This document shows, piece after piece, positions 19,501-29,026 of a stretch of 64,000 nucleotides of DNA; the stretch's first letter is position 1; each line of letters starts with the position of its first letter. This DNA is from a virus. Under the pieces are notes generated by a model that saw only the letters and a program-made list of their open reading frames with translations, did not search any database and was not told the DNA's origin. Position numbers and translations under genes: made by a program. The stretch covers positions 7,919 through 71,918 of IMG/VR virus record IMGVR_UViG_3300031997_002780. One strand, written 5' to 3'.

Positions 19501-21383
19501 GTTAAAGTTGCACTAGGTAAATTTGTATATTCAATAATTATAGCGGAATTAGTTTGATAAGCTATATTATAATGACTGGTTAATATTATATTTTCAGAAG
19601 TTTGTAATTGTATTATATCTTGTATTATTAAATCTGGAATTTCCAGATTATAGGTTATTATTACATCATCGGATGTCTGTAATTGGGTTGTATCTTGTAT
19701 TGTTAAAGTCAGAGGCTCTGGAATATAGGTTATTATTACATTATCAGATGTCTGTAATTGAGTTACATCATTGACCAACAAATCTACATGTAAATTATAT
19801 TCAACCATTATTGCTGCATTACTTACTAGCATATAAGAATCTACTTCATACTCAACCATTATAGCAGCATTACTTTGATAAAAATTGATAAGAGGAACTA
19901 AAATTGTATTTTCACTGGTTTGTATTTGGACAGCATTGTTAACTAGTAGTATATGTTCCCCTATTCTCGGATTTCCACCAATAGCAAGATATGTAACCCA
20001 GTTTCGGGCATTATCTACAATACTCGTTTTTGTGTAAAAACCATTTGTTGCTACATAGGGAACATCCATTAAATATACTGCCGAACTTTCATATTGATGT
20101 ATATTTGCATAAACAGCAGTATCATAATTTGCGTTATAAACATACATAGTACCTAAGTTGTCTACATCAACCATTGCGGTAACAGCCTGGGTAATAGAAG
20201 TATCTATATTATTTGCCATTGCGCCTATAGATATTCTGTTATCGACTATAGGTATATCCTGAGTACATTGGGGTTGTCCTATAGATGCAAACAATACAGC
20301 AGATGGTTTAAAACCCAAGGTATTAAATTCTAGATTTGTGTCTGTTCTTGTGTTTAATTGATTTACTTGATAAATTCCACCTTTAAAAGCGATATAATGT
20401 ATAAGTCTGCTTGCTGCACCTTCAAGATGGTTTAATATAAACCCATTATTGGTAAAATCAACAAAAGATTCTCTTAATCCGATAGTTCCCGGAGTGCCAG
20501 CTACTGTTGTAGACGTAATAACTTCTCCCCCATATCCATAAGCCATTGTATTACTGGTTCCACCTAAATAGTTACTTTCTCCTGCGATAGTTCCCTGTCC
20601 GCCATTTGAAGCAGCCCATCCAATTTGAAATTTTGCATCTGTTCGATATATATCAGATGTACTATCAGTATTTGCAAATATAATTGCATCAGGCTTAAAG
20701 CCTACACTTGTAGTATAATTTCCTAAACTTGTAGGGGTATTTAAACTACCAACATATATTTCTTTTAATTCATCACCCCCGAGAGCGAGATAAGAGATAC
20801 GATAATCATTAACAAATTTAGTATTAACAATGAGAGTAAATCCATCTAAATCCATTGATTGTAAATTGAATTCTCCACCGAGACTATCATAATCACTATA
20901 TATACCTATTACATTAGTTCCTGACATTGCTGAACTGGTAAGTGATGTTGTTGTAGCGTCTTGCAGAGATATATCTACATAAAATATACTAGAAGCACTG
21001 GTTCCCACACCAAATCCATTATTGGAATTGTTTTTGACAACAGCATCTATTGTACTATGTGAACCTGTCCACCAAAACAAAACAACTTTAGGTTGGAAAC
21101 CAATTCCACTGATTGCCTGTGTTTCTCCTATGTTTTTGACGGTATCCGCATTAAAAGAACCGACTTTACTTAAAACAGTGTTGCCGGGATTATGACTATT
21201 TATTATTGGGTTTTCAGATGTTATTGCTTGAGTTGTATCGTTAACTCTTAATGCAATCCCTACTGGTTGGGAATATTGTGCTTGATTAGTGCTGTTGACA
21301 ACAAGACTGAGACCTTGTTCACTAAGTTTGATACCAAAGGTATTTCCTGAATCCCATAAAAATATATCATGAGAGTATGCCAT
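16596..21383 (-). CDS. Large repeat-containing tail fibre/appendage protein (1595 aa)
   Basis: Two homologous ~400-aa domains (SKVGSFN...GFQPKV.LFWW) separated by 22-aa and 17-aa tandem repeats; located in the tail module. Confidence 0.65.
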   Translation of the reverse strand: MAYSHDIFLWDSGNTFGIKLSEQGLSLVVNSTNQAQYSQPVGIALRVNDTTQAITSENPIINSHNPGNTVLSKVGSFNADTVKNIGETQAISGIGFQPKVVLFWWTGSHSTIDAVVKNNSNNGFGVGTSASSIFYVDISLQDATTTSLTSSAMSGTNVIGIYSDYDSLGGEFNLQSMDLDGFTLIVNTKFVNDYRISYLALGGDELKEIYVGSLNTPTSLGNYTTSVGFKPDAIIFANTDSTSDIYRTDAKFQIGWAASNGGQGTIAGESNYLGGTSNTMAYGYGGEVITSTTVAGTPGTIGLRESFVDFTNNGFILNHLEGAASRLIHYIAFKGGIYQVNQLNTRTDTNLEFNTLGFKPSAVLFASIGQPQCTQDIPIVDNRISIGAMANNIDTSITQAVTAMVDVDNLGTMYVYNANYDTAVYANIHQYESSAVYLMDVPYVATNGFYTKTSIVDNARNWVTYLAIGGNPRIGEHILLVNNAVQIQTSENTILVPLINFYQSNAAIMVEYEVDSYMLVSNAAIMVEYNLHVDLLVNDVTQLQTSDNVIITYIPEPLTLTIQDTTQLQTSDDVIITYNLEIPDLIIQDIIQLQTSENIILTSHYNIAYQTNSAIIIEYTNLPSATLTSAAIIVEYTNLPSATLTSAAIMVEYNLRFSLIVQDITQLQTSDNITFIMAIVFTIQDSAQLQSSDNVNLIQHYLLTINNITQLQNSDNINLIQHYLLTINNITQLQNSDNISLTQHYVLTINNSTHLQASDNISLTQHYLLAINNSTHLQTSDNIDLTQHYLLIINNTSQILISDNIDLIQHSVLAINNSTHFQASDNISLTQNNILITNNVTQIQVVDNIILNYHAEEAFVLEIQNGTQLQISSNIILTQYYILSINNSIQLQACDNIILTQHHTLSINSTIQLQISNNINLVQNYILLINNTTQLQNSDNVILIQHQILISNNAIQLQISGNILLIQNQVLVINNVIHLQISGNILLTQHYNLTISYSTQLQASDNVVLTQHNILSILNATHLQFSDNVQILTVGILGVHDSTQLQLCNNVIITGHGESFSLIINNTAQIQTSNNISLTFYTAPESGPYFSKVGSFNIDTSKTVGQTQSIRELGFQPKVILFWWHGSTSIINEVSGSTISFGISSATSGTNRGMHISISEDNQASTDAYSYSSAVEIVRIYTDTDTIDGILDFYSIDSNGFTVIVNDQFTKTYRINYLALGGSDVTNARVGYDTFPVPTGNKSYTGVGFKPDAALFFTGFTASLPLGSLQVYHSIGMATSSSNQGVISTTTADNQTTSNARGYGNNQDVTANLTFSSTTCSRRNSFVSFDNDGFTLNNMDGAAALYFFYVCIKGGRYSVGDLTTVTDGSDIVETVGFKPKTLLFMSANRAHNTRDVNSVQGSMSIGAATSTSNRIASSFWSENGLPDTETAFSVYDDAVYVNIKDDGVIGKMDLKSLDSTGFTTVMDTPDPSGCWVMYLAIGESVIKNAIQIQTATNITIVYNPLTLVMNNCSQVQTGDNLRIETNIHIIIAQASVQIQFSDNIRIETSIYMLGMIIDSTQIITSENILLGSGTKKYIYAHRKISFGIGKKGVGI
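18150..19400 (-). repeat. 66-nt (22-aa) coding tandem repeat, consensus NNxTQLQxSDNIxLTQHYxLxI
   Basis: Near-identical units visible at 18890-19320, degenerate on both sides; boundaries approximate. Confidence 0.9.
19424..19550 (-). repeat. 51-nt (17-aa) tandem repeat AAI(I/M)VEYTNLPSATLTS
   Basis: GCACTAGTTAAAGTTGC.CTAGGTAAATTTGTATATTCAA occurs twice; further AAIMVEY copies at about 19800-19870. Confidence 0.85.
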
Positions 21384-21397
21384 TTTTGCACCTCCCT

Positions 21398-23383
21398 TTA
21401 AACTGCTAAAGCGCTAGCAGACCTTCCTATGTGGGTTGCATCTTGACTTGCGGATGCAAAATAAGGGTAAACATTATCCATTACAAGAGCGGAGAACGAA
21501 CCGCTCGCCGTACTTAAGACTGAACCACTCCAAAAATTGTCATCAACTCTATAAATATTTACTTGAACATTTTCTCCTAGTCCTGCTGGACCAGTAAATG
21601 AACCACTGACAGTAAAGGTATTGGTATGATAAGTAAGATAGGTTTTTAACCAAAAAAGCGCTGCCGTAGAATAAGTCAAACGATATGTACGCGCAATTTC
21701 TATATCCATTTTACCTCTACTTCGTTTTCCATCAATATTAAAATAGTCTAAAGCATCCTCAATCTGTCGATAACTAGATAATTCACCGTCGTTTGTGGAA
21801 TACCATGAGCAAAGGGTTTGCCACCCGTCTTCATTGTATTCTCCGGTTAATTTGTCCCCATATAAATAAATTAAATTGCTCGCTACTCCAAATCTTGAAT
21901 TTATTTCATAACCTACTCCGTTTAAATAATAATCGGTGGAAATTATGGTTGGTGTACGTTGACCAGTAGTTAAAACATCATTTTCGGTGGCTACTGTACC
22001 TGTCGAAAGCTGAGATGTATTATACCATATAGTTGTATGGCTGTGACATTTTTCACCACCAATCGCAGAATTTGAAGTATAATTTAAATATAAAAAACCT
22101 GTTAGTGTATTTGCCGCACCAGTAGCAGCAGTTGTATATGCTTTTATATTAATAGTATTTTTTCCTCTAACTAGGGTTGCGCCGGAATTATGGTCAATTC
22201 TGTGTACTAAAGAATGTCCTCCAGAGTTAACTAAAGCGGTTAAAGTATAGGGACGTACTGTTTGAGAACCTGCACCAATATTTAAAGTAGCGCCACCCGC
22301 AGATTGTACATATAATAATACCCCCGATTGTGCTAATATTATATTAGATTCCGTTATCCAAAATTCCTTTCCGTTTACATTAGCATTAGAAGCCGATGTA
22401 CCCATAACGTTTGCTGAATCAGTATCAAATGGTAGAATTACTGAATTCATTACACTTGCAGATGTAGAATCATATTCATATGTGACATAGAGCAAACCCC
22501 CGAATGCATCAAATCTATTTGTTAAATCTGAGTAAGCTTTAAAAGCACTAGCAGCGCTTGCGCTGATTGTATAAGCGTCTGTTATTACACCAGAACCATT
22601 ATTATATTTTGTTAGCCAAATATCGTGGAAAAATGTTCCTGTACTTAAGGCTTCTTCTAAATGACACCTAGGAGCAATTGCACCAGTATTTATTTGATAA
22701 TTGGCTTTAAAATCTGTAGTTGCTGCGCCTCCATCATTTCCAAACATTTCAAACCATGTTGATTGATAAGTTTTATTTGTTTCGGGGAGAAATGTATCTA
22801 ATGCCGGAATTTGATTAGCGGGTGCAGGAGTTGTACCACCTGTACCAATTTCAATTGCAGCAGCCGTTAGGAGAGAGCTTCCGCTCTGAATCGGAATCCG
22901 TACAGTTTTTATAGTTCTTGATGCTGATGCTTCATATTCATAAGTTATATACAGTTTTGCTGATATATTTGCTACACAAGCAGATGTAGCGGTTGACATT
23001 GCAAAACTGGCTTGACAACTATTACTCGCACTTGTCCCAAAATTACTGTTGAAATAATCGGTAACATCACGTATAACGCAACTGGTTTCATGGTCTCCTG
23101 TATTAGCTATAGCAGTCGGGGTATAATCTACATCGCTGGCAGCATTACTTCCACAGGTAATGCCTAAACGCCAACCAGAAGTATTGTAAACAGTAGTAAA
23201 AGCATCCCTATAATAACATTCTAATATTACTGATTTAAAATTTCTTGATGCTATTTCAGGTATAGTTATACCAATTAAAGTAAAATCATAGCGTGTTGAT
23301 GCCCCCAGTGATGTACCCGTTCCTATGTTGCTTCCGCTAGTAGCAAAAGCATATTCAACAGTTTTTTCCGCATTGGCTGCCAT
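21398..23383 (-). CDS. Putative tail-associated structural protein (661 aa)
   Basis: Ser/Thr/Ala-rich and beta-rich, with internal duplication; in the tail module. Confidence 0.55.
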   Translation of the reverse strand: MAANAEKTVEYAFATSGSNIGTGTSLGASTRYDFTLIGITIPEIASRNFKSVILECYYRDAFTTVYNTSGWRLGITCGSNAASDVDYTPTAIANTGDHETSCVIRDVTDYFNSNFGTSASNSCQASFAMSTATSACVANISAKLYITYEYEASASRTIKTVRIPIQSGSSLLTAAAIEIGTGGTTPAPANQIPALDTFLPETNKTYQSTWFEMFGNDGGAATTDFKANYQINTGAIAPRCHLEEALSTGTFFHDIWLTKYNNGSGVITDAYTISASAASAFKAYSDLTNRFDAFGGLLYVTYEYDSTSASVMNSVILPFDTDSANVMGTSASNANVNGKEFWITESNIILAQSGVLLYVQSAGGATLNIGAGSQTVRPYTLTALVNSGGHSLVHRIDHNSGATLVRGKNTINIKAYTTAATGAANTLTGFLYLNYTSNSAIGGEKCHSHTTIWYNTSQLSTGTVATENDVLTTGQRTPTIISTDYYLNGVGYEINSRFGVASNLIYLYGDKLTGEYNEDGWQTLCSWYSTNDGELSSYRQIEDALDYFNIDGKRSRGKMDIEIARTYRLTYSTAALFWLKTYLTYHTNTFTVSGSFTGPAGLGENVQVNIYRVDDNFWSGSVLSTASGSFSALVMDNVYPYFASASQDATHIGRSASALAV

Positions 23384-23402
23384 AGTATCTCCTTCAAATT
23401 AA

Positions 23403-24404
23403 TTATTTTTTAATAATATATTCTAACAAATTTAGGTCAGAAGCTGTCCACGCAAGACCTGTAACCGGGTTGGCACTAGCGCTAGTCCCTACTACTGCAC
23501 TATAGGCTATACCAACAGTTTGTGAACCTGATAATTGGTCTGTACCCCCGCTAGGAAGATAACCTACTTCTATAGTCGAACTATCTCCTCTTGTTTTTCT
23601 AATTCTAGTTTCTGGATAAATTCGAAGTATATTTTTCCCTGCACCATCAAAAGTGCTCATCCTATATTGGTCTTTATCACCAGTAGAACTTGCAGAGACG
23701 TAAACATTGCTTGTATCTCCATCACTTGGAAATTCATCTACATAAGTATAATTACTACTTCCAGAAGTACTACCGCTGTTAAGAAAATTATTGACAGTAC
23801 CCGAACCACTAGGAGTGATTTTTACTACAATTCCATCCCCACACCAACTATTATCCACAACCCCGGCAGTATCATTCAAAGCGAGGTCGTCATACATTCC
23901 TTGAACTCCCCCGTTTTGGTCAAAATAAAAATTATTAAATGTAGTTGCTGTGGCGGGTTGAGTATCACCTGTATAGTCAATTACCAGATTTCCATCCACA
24001 TAAACTACGAACTTTCCATTAGGAGCATTATCTTCTTTGAACCATACTTCAATTAGATACCATGTGTTATTATCGGCTACCATAAGGGAAGTTCCTACTA
24101 CTCCTACAGTAGTAACGGAAGCTTGAAAATGACCAGTTGCATTGAACTTTAATGCAGCGACGACAGTTGCGTCAAGCCTGAAACTAGGAAATGCAGGGCT
24201 TGTATTATTAACATTATTGCTTCGGTATCTTACTCTAAGATAGCATTCGGATAATGCAGCGAAGTTTTTATAGGCTTGTTGAGCATTGTTAATATAGTAA
24301 TAAGGACTTATAGCTGGAGTAGCTGATGCTACAGAAACACCAAGCGTTATATCCCAAAAACTTATATCCTGCATCTCTGCGCCATCAGTAAATATTCTAG
24401 TCAT
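23403..24404 (-). CDS. Putative lectin/ConA-like tail appendage protein (paralog B)
   Basis: MTRIFTDGAEMQD...WYLIEV.FKE.NAPNG.F...VDG...DDLALN; close paralog of the next gene. Confidence 0.55.
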   Translation of the reverse strand: MTRIFTDGAEMQDISFWDITLGVSVASATPAISPYYYINNAQQAYKNFAALSECYLRVRYRSNNVNNTSPAFPSFRLDATVVAALKFNATGHFQASVTTVGVVGTSLMVADNNTWYLIEVWFKEDNAPNGKFVVYVDGNLVIDYTGDTQPATATTFNNFYFDQNGGVQGMYDDLALNDTAGVVDNSWCGDGIVVKITPSGSGTVNNFLNSGSTSGSSNYTYVDEFPSDGDTSNVYVSASSTGDKDQYRMSTFDGAGKNILRIYPETRIRKTRGDSSTIEVGYLPSGGTDQLSGSQTVGIAYSAVVGTSASANPVTGLAWTASDLNLLEYIIKK

Positions 24405-24418
24405 ATTATCCCTCCTCT

Positions 24419-25426
24419 TTAACTCATCTCTATAACATATTCTAGGGCATTAACATCAGCTACAGTCCATGCAAGTCCTGTGACCGGATTAGCACTGGCA
24501 CTAGTTCCTATTGCTTGTGCATATGTTGTATAAAGAGCAACCGAACCACTCATTGTATCTGTTCCTCCATTCGGAAGATATCCTAACTTAATTGTAGTTG
24601 AATCGGCTACTTCTTTTTTAATCCTTGCTTCTGAAAATATACGGGTAATACTTCCTATTCCTCCACCAAGATTGCTCATGGCATATTTATCTTTAACACC
24701 AGTAGAACTTGCGGAACAATAAGTATATGTAGTAGTATCAGAAGGATATTCATCTACATAAAGATAATTAGCACTTCCGGAAACACTACCGCTATTTGAC
24801 CAGTTATTTACAGTACCTGAACCACTAGGAGTAATTTTTACAACAATCCCATCCCCGCACCAACTATTATCCATGAGTCCGCTGGTATTGTTGAGAGCGA
24901 GGTCGTCTATATCAAAGCTGTCATTAGTACTGGCTGACCGAAAGTAGACATTATCAAATGTAGTGTCGGCTGCTGGCTGAGTATCACCTGTATAGTCAAT
25001 GACTATATTTCCATCTACACTGAGCACGAACCGACCATTGGGAGCATTGGCTTCTTTGAAATATACTTCAAGAAGATACCAACTGTTGAGTATGATTACT
25101 CCTACGGATGTGCCAACTACACCCACCGTTGTTACATTTGCTATCCAGCGGTTTAGTGCATCTTCCGCTATATAAGCGACTGTGGTGCTGCTTAGTCTGA
25201 AAGATATAAATGTATGACCTTGTGAATGGGACTTTACTCTCAATCTTACTCTTGCGTAACATTCTGAGATGGCAGTAAAGTTTTTCCATGAGCCCACGTC
25301 ATATCCATAATGATAATAATAAGAACTTGCAAACGGTGTGGTATTACCAATTGTCACAACCTGGTATAATCCGCTCCAAAATACAGTATCCTGCATTTCT
25401 GCGCCTTCTGTGAATATTCTAGTCAT
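24419..25426 (-). CDS. Putative lectin/ConA-like tail appendage protein (paralog A)
   Basis: MTRIFTEGAEMQD; shares DNSWCGDGIVVKITPSGSGTVNN and GTSASANPVTGLAWT with paralog B. Confidence 0.55.
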   Translation of the reverse strand: MTRIFTEGAEMQDTVFWSGLYQVVTIGNTTPFASSYYYHYGYDVGSWKNFTAISECYARVRLRVKSHSQGHTFISFRLSSTTVAYIAEDALNRWIANVTTVGVVGTSVGVIILNSWYLLEVYFKEANAPNGRFVLSVDGNIVIDYTGDTQPAADTTFDNVYFRSASTNDSFDIDDLALNNTSGLMDNSWCGDGIVVKITPSGSGTVNNWSNSGSVSGSANYLYVDEYPSDTTTYTYCSASSTGVKDKYAMSNLGGGIGSITRIFSEARIKKEVADSTTIKLGYLPNGGTDTMSGSVALYTTYAQAIGTSASANPVTGLAWTVADVNALEYVIEMS

Positions 25427-25441
25427 AATAAACTCCTCCTT

Positions 25442-25858
25442 TTATATTTGGTGATATCCGTATTCCATACGAACAATCATATCATCAGCAGAAGCATCAA
25501 TTGCATTATTGTCCCATATTCTTATGGTTTGTCCTGCTCCTAAAAACTGTGCACCCATTAAAGGGGTTGTTATGTAACTAATATCTCGGGTTATTGTAGA
25601 ATCTGGAATTCCTCCACCAAATAAATAGTTATAAGTAAGTCCTTCGGGCTGTGTTACTCCTGTTTGCCATTGAGCAATTATATTTCCAGTATCTATAATT
25701 TGGATTTCTAGTTGCCTTATTCCAGCCGTTGCTGTTGACGTATATTCTACCCAAATCCATAATATTTCCCATTCTACACCTATTGGTACAGTAAATGTTT
25801 TGTCACTATCATTTTCAGTTATATCCTGAGTAAGAGCAATTCTCCATGCTGTAGTCAT
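25442..25858 (-). CDS. Stand-alone copy of a domain found inside the upstream 582-aa protein
   Basis: WRIALTQD...DSDKTFTVP...WEILWIWVEYTSTAT...IRIWDNN..DASADDM matches residues ~170-300 of 25876..27624. Confidence 0.7.
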   Translation of the reverse strand: MTTAWRIALTQDITENDSDKTFTVPIGVEWEILWIWVEYTSTATAGIRQLEIQIIDTGNIIAQWQTGVTQPEGLTYNYLFGGGIPDSTITRDISYITTPLMGAQFLGAGQTIRIWDNNAIDASADDMIVRMEYGYHQI

Positions 25859-25875
25859 AATATCTTCTCCTTTGT

Positions 25876-27624
25876 TTATACCAATGTTATTTTATCAGAA
25901 ATAGATATTTGGTTTGAATTACTAATTCCCAATTGTCCATTGTATAATATATTTTGTAGTGTTATTTTGTCAGAAATTAATTTAGCATCTGTATCTTTAA
26001 GGGATAGAGGTTTTTGATTTTGTGTTAACATTATTTTATCGGAGTTTTGTGATTGAATAGAACTATTTATTGCCAAAGTGGTCATATTGCTAAATGTAAC
26101 CTTATTAGATGTTATCAATTGAATTGCATTTTTCATTGATAAAGTTGGTTTGTTAGTAACCATCATTCCGATATCGCTAATTGCTTGCAATTGAGCAGAA
26201 TCATTCATTACTAAATATTTTGAACTGCTAAATAATATTATATTCTCAGACGTTTGTGTTTGAGAAGAATATTGAGTATCTACTCCTGAATATAAGGTTA
26301 TTTCTATATTATCAACGGTTTGAGTCATTTCTATATTTTGAAGTAATACATAAGAATGTTCTATTATTGATAATGTTGTTTTGTCACTAATTAGTTTTTG
26401 ACTTATATTGTGTATTATCAATATTTGATATTGGGTAAGCGTTACATTTTCAAAAGTTTGTAATTGAGTTGAGTTATTAACTATTAATCCGTGAGTTTGT
26501 GCTGGTAATGTTATTACACCAGAAGTTTGTATTTGTACTGCATTATCAGTTGTTAATACCATGAAGCGCCATGATAGTATAGGCTTACTAGAAGTTTGTA
26601 ACTGAGTAGAATTATTAATTGCTAAAATACGATATTGAATTAATTGTATCTTATCAGATGTTTGTAACTGAGTATTATTATTAGCTCCCGTAGGAGGATT
26701 GAAATCTTCTATGCTCAAATTGCGAGACGCATATTGTATTCTAACTACCATATCATCAGCAGAAGCATCTACTGTATTATTGTCCCATATTCTTATTTTT
26801 TGTCCCGCTGATAAGAATGTGGCTGCCCCTAGTGGGGTTGTTACATTATTATCATCACGAACAGTGGTTAAATCCGGGACACCAATTCCAAATAAATATT
26901 TATAAGTAAGTCCTCCAGATTGCGTAACCCCTGTTTGAAATTGACCAATTACATTACTGCTAGCATCTTGAATTTGAATTTCGAGTTGCCTAGTACCCCC
27001 TGTGGCTGTTGATGTATATTCCACCCAAACCCATAATATTTGCCATTCATAACTTTCTGGAACTGTAAATATTTTATCACTATCATCTGTGTTTGTATCT
27101 TGAGTTAAAGTAACTCTCCAATCAACAGGGCGATAAGCCACCCACGAGCCTGTAGAAGCATTCCAAGAAAGTACATCCCCATCATTGGGGGCAGGAACAT
27201 ATACATTTTCAATATTGTCTAATGTTGTTATAGTACCGGAAGTAGGACTCCAAATAGAACTTCCAGAACCATCTGCTGTTAATACAGAACCATATACAGC
27301 CGCCCCACTACTTAAATTAGATGCAGTAATTTTACCGCCTTCTGCACTTCCACTATGGTCATGTACAGCGTCTGACCATACATTATCCCAACCTAATTTT
27401 CCACCATCGCCAACTTGACTTCCGGAATGAGAATGATTGATTACTGAAGAACCAGAACCTCCTTCTGAATCGTGAACATGGCTTCCAGATGCCGCTTGAA
27501 AAGCCCCAATACCTAAACTGTGATGTATAGCACTTGCGCTTGTGTCAATATCATTTGCATGTAAAGATTGGTAAGATGCTGAATTCCAAGCTGAACGGTC
27601 TCCTCTAAGTGGTATAGCTGGCAT
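25876..27624 (-). CDS. Tail fibre-like protein with HxH motifs and 22-aa Q-x-Q-x-S repeats
   Basis: HVH, HSH and HDH metal-knot-like motifs; LDNIENV...P.DGDVLSWN...W linker; C-terminal repeats like those of the 1595-aa protein. Confidence 0.6.
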   Translation of the reverse strand: MPAIPLRGDRSAWNSASYQSLHANDIDTSASAIHHSLGIGAFQAASGSHVHDSEGGSGSSVINHSHSGSQVGDGGKLGWDNVWSDAVHDHSGSAEGGKITASNLSSGAAVYGSVLTADGSGSSIWSPTSGTITTLDNIENVYVPAPNDGDVLSWNASTGSWVAYRPVDWRVTLTQDTNTDDSDKIFTVPESYEWQILWVWVEYTSTATGGTRQLEIQIQDASSNVIGQFQTGVTQSGGLTYKYLFGIGVPDLTTVRDDNNVTTPLGAATFLSAGQKIRIWDNNTVDASADDMVVRIQYASRNLSIEDFNPPTGANNNTQLQTSDKIQLIQYRILAINNSTQLQTSSKPILSWRFMVLTTDNAVQIQTSGVITLPAQTHGLIVNNSTQLQTFENVTLTQYQILIIHNISQKLISDKTTLSIIEHSYVLLQNIEMTQTVDNIEITLYSGVDTQYSSQTQTSENIILFSSSKYLVMNDSAQLQAISDIGMMVTNKPTLSMKNAIQLITSNKVTFSNMTTLAINSSIQSQNSDKIMLTQNQKPLSLKDTDAKLISDKITLQNILYNGQLGISNSNQISISDKITLV

Positions 27625-27716
27625 AATTCACCTCACTTTATTTCATAAAGAATACTATTTTCCAAAAAATAACAATTTAAAATATATACATTATCTCTAC
27701 TTAAATATATCATCCT

Positions 27717-29012
27717 TTATACTAATACATATATACTATACCAATGATTAAAGGATGAAGACTGTTGCATATTTTCACAATAGACAAGACTGTTATTAAG
27801 ATTATCCAACCACCCCGTATACGGATGTGCACGATTTGGAATACTGTAAGAGCCTATTGTATCACCAGAAAGACTTCTATGTTTTATTGTATCGTCAGTT
27901 TCATCAACAAACCAATAGCTTTCATCGTCGTTCATAAGCTGTGCTCCATAGAATGTCATGTAATATTGTGGAAAGGTTCCTACGTTACTAAGGTTATGGC
28001 ATCTTATGATATTTCCTGTACCACTAGGTGTTGTTTTGAAGCAATAAGCATAATTTTTGCTTGTCTTAATATACCCACCAACACCAGAACCTACGAGATT
28101 AGGATGAGATGAATCAGTATATACCGAGGTTATTGTTGCTGCTACAGGGTCTATTTTTGATATTTCCATAACGGATGCATAATGGTCAGGGAAATAGATA
28201 TTATCTGGTCTCGCTTCCGTACCAATACAATAAACGCAACCAGTTTCATAATCCCCTCCTAAGCCACGAAGAAAAGCACGAGTGTTATGTTCACCAGTAG
28301 CCATCACTAAACCGTTGGTTGTTTGTACAGTACCGTTTACTATATCAACAATATCTGCATATAAATTATATCCATTTGTATATGGTGATACCCAATATCT
28401 ATCTTGAACAAAAGAATAATCCACCCAATTCGGATTGATACTAACACTATTCCAAACTCCATTTTGAGTATAGTTCTTTATATAAAGAACATTTAGACTA
28501 TTGATGATAATATATATATCCCTATTTTCTCGCTGCGCAGTACTAACAGCCCATATTACAAATTCTTCGTTTATATCAGTTTTCGAGAGGTCTTCAAAGT
28601 CTACAATATACAAAAGCTCTTCTGCGTCATTACCAGGATAACAAATAACTTTTCTACCTTCGAGATAAGCTATAAATCCTCTCCAACTGCTAGAATCGGG
28701 GTTGGAATAAAGTGTTACTGATTTGATTGTACCTGTAGCTATTTCGTATTCATGTGCAACAATATCTCCGTAATACAAATCATCAGGTAATATTATGTAA
28801 TAGATATATTGTTCAGAACAACAAGAAACTTCATCAAGGAAAGTACCATTTACACTATATCCTACCCTATCCCAATCTCCATTGAAATTCTCATAAGTGC
28901 GACTTGTACCCATTTCCACAGGTGGTCCATTACGAACACCTACAAACCTCAGGGTTGGACAAATTGTACCGCTACCTTCGAGTTCTATGTTATCATATTC
29001 TTTGTATGTCAT
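27717..29012 (-). CDS. Variable beta-rich protein with a conserved MTY.E..N..L..S...C N-terminus (paralog 3)
   Basis: N-terminus MTYKEYDNIELEGSGTICP; aromatic- and beta-rich body. Confidence 0.55.
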   Translation of the reverse strand: MTYKEYDNIELEGSGTICPTLRFVGVRNGPPVEMGTSRTYENFNGDWDRVGYSVNGTFLDEVSCCSEQYIYYIILPDDLYYGDIVAHEYEIATGTIKSVTLYSNPDSSSWRGFIAYLEGRKVICYPGNDAEELLYIVDFEDLSKTDINEEFVIWAVSTAQRENRDIYIIINSLNVLYIKNYTQNGVWNSVSINPNWVDYSFVQDRYWVSPYTNGYNLYADIVDIVNGTVQTTNGLVMATGEHNTRAFLRGLGGDYETGCVYCIGTEARPDNIYFPDHYASVMEISKIDPVAATITSVYTDSSHPNLVGSGVGGYIKTSKNYAYCFKTTPSGTGNIIRCHNLSNVGTFPQYYMTFYGAQLMNDDESYWFVDETDDTIKHRSLSGDTIGSYSIPNRAHPYTGWLDNLNNSLVYCENMQQSSSFNHWYSIYVLV

Positions 29013-29026
29013 AGTTTCACCTCATT

